NCBI GenBank assembly: GCA_048498835.1
Contig: JBEHXF010000001.1
Span: forward strand, 1-64,000
Source of the DNA: Chlamydiota bacterium
Lineage (GTDB): Bacteria > Chlamydiota > Chlamydiia > Chlamydiales > SM23-39
DNA length: 64,000 bases
Direction of reading: 5' to 3'
The notes under the pieces were generated by a model. It saw only the letters and a list, made by a program, of their open reading frames with translations. It did no database searches and was not told the DNA's origin. Shown here piece by piece: positions 63,759 through 64,000 of the stretch. Position 1 is the stretch's first letter. The number at the start of each line of letters is the position of its first letter. The translations under genes and the position numbers were made by a program.

Positions 63759-63785
63759 TTAGCACTTAAAAACAAAAACTGCTAA
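63759..63785. promoter_or_regulatory. CIRCE element (HrcA operator)
   Basis: TTAGCACTT-N9-AACTGCTAA versus consensus TTAGCACTC-N9-GAGTGCTAA; upstream of the groESL -35. Confidence 0.85.
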
Positions 63786-64000
63786 TCTCGATAGAGTAGA
63801 TACTTTTCTCTCACTGTCATAAAGGCCTCTCTCTCGCCTTTTTGCAGTTCGATCAACTTCCAAGCAGGAAATTTTTCATCTGCTAAAATTTGATAAACCA
63901 TCTCCGTCCCGTTCGCTTTGCAAAACAGATCTTTTCCACCTGAGCTTTTGCCAAATCTCTCCATGAATTCTTTCGGATATAAGCTCTTGAGCATACCCAA
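63782..64000 (-). CDS. 3' end of a hypothetical protein, truncated by the window edge
   Basis: Open frame from the window end to a stop at 63782. Confidence 0.5.
   Translation of the reverse strand: MGMLKSLYPKEFMERFGKSSGGKDLFCKANGTEMVYQILADEKFPAWKLIELQKGEREAFMTVREKYLLYRD

Overview
Bacterial chromosomal segment, very likely from an environmental member of the phylum Chlamydiota. The basis is a MOMP-like porin, chlamydial-type SecA, histone H1-like proteins, chlamydial pseudopilins, and gene neighbourhoods I recall from Chlamydia (mnmE-nth-psd-secA, lpdA-lipA, pepP-mutL, eno-rsbU, ahpC-groEL). The housekeeping backbone includes one tRNA-Arg(ACG) and groESL with a sigma70-type promoter and CIRCE. 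Accessory material interrupting it: the 3' end of a giant repetitive surface protein; a tripartite HipBST-type toxin-antitoxin module with two 18-bp operator palindromes; two tandem sphingomyelinase-like EEP hydrolases; a C-methyl-deoxysugar and glycosylation cluster headed by an unusual LtaS/sulfatase-type transferase fused to eukaryote-like Cys-containing LRRs; orphan effector-like ORFs; a +1-frameshifted AlbA_2/RecG-C gene; an OPT transporter inside the pseudopilin operon; a kinase plus pseudokinase pair; a Fic protein with an altered inhibitory motif; and two copies of a CACAGAG/CTCTGTG palindromic element. No CRISPR array, rRNA, transposase or prophage was seen. All calls come from motif recognition by eye; no database search was run.
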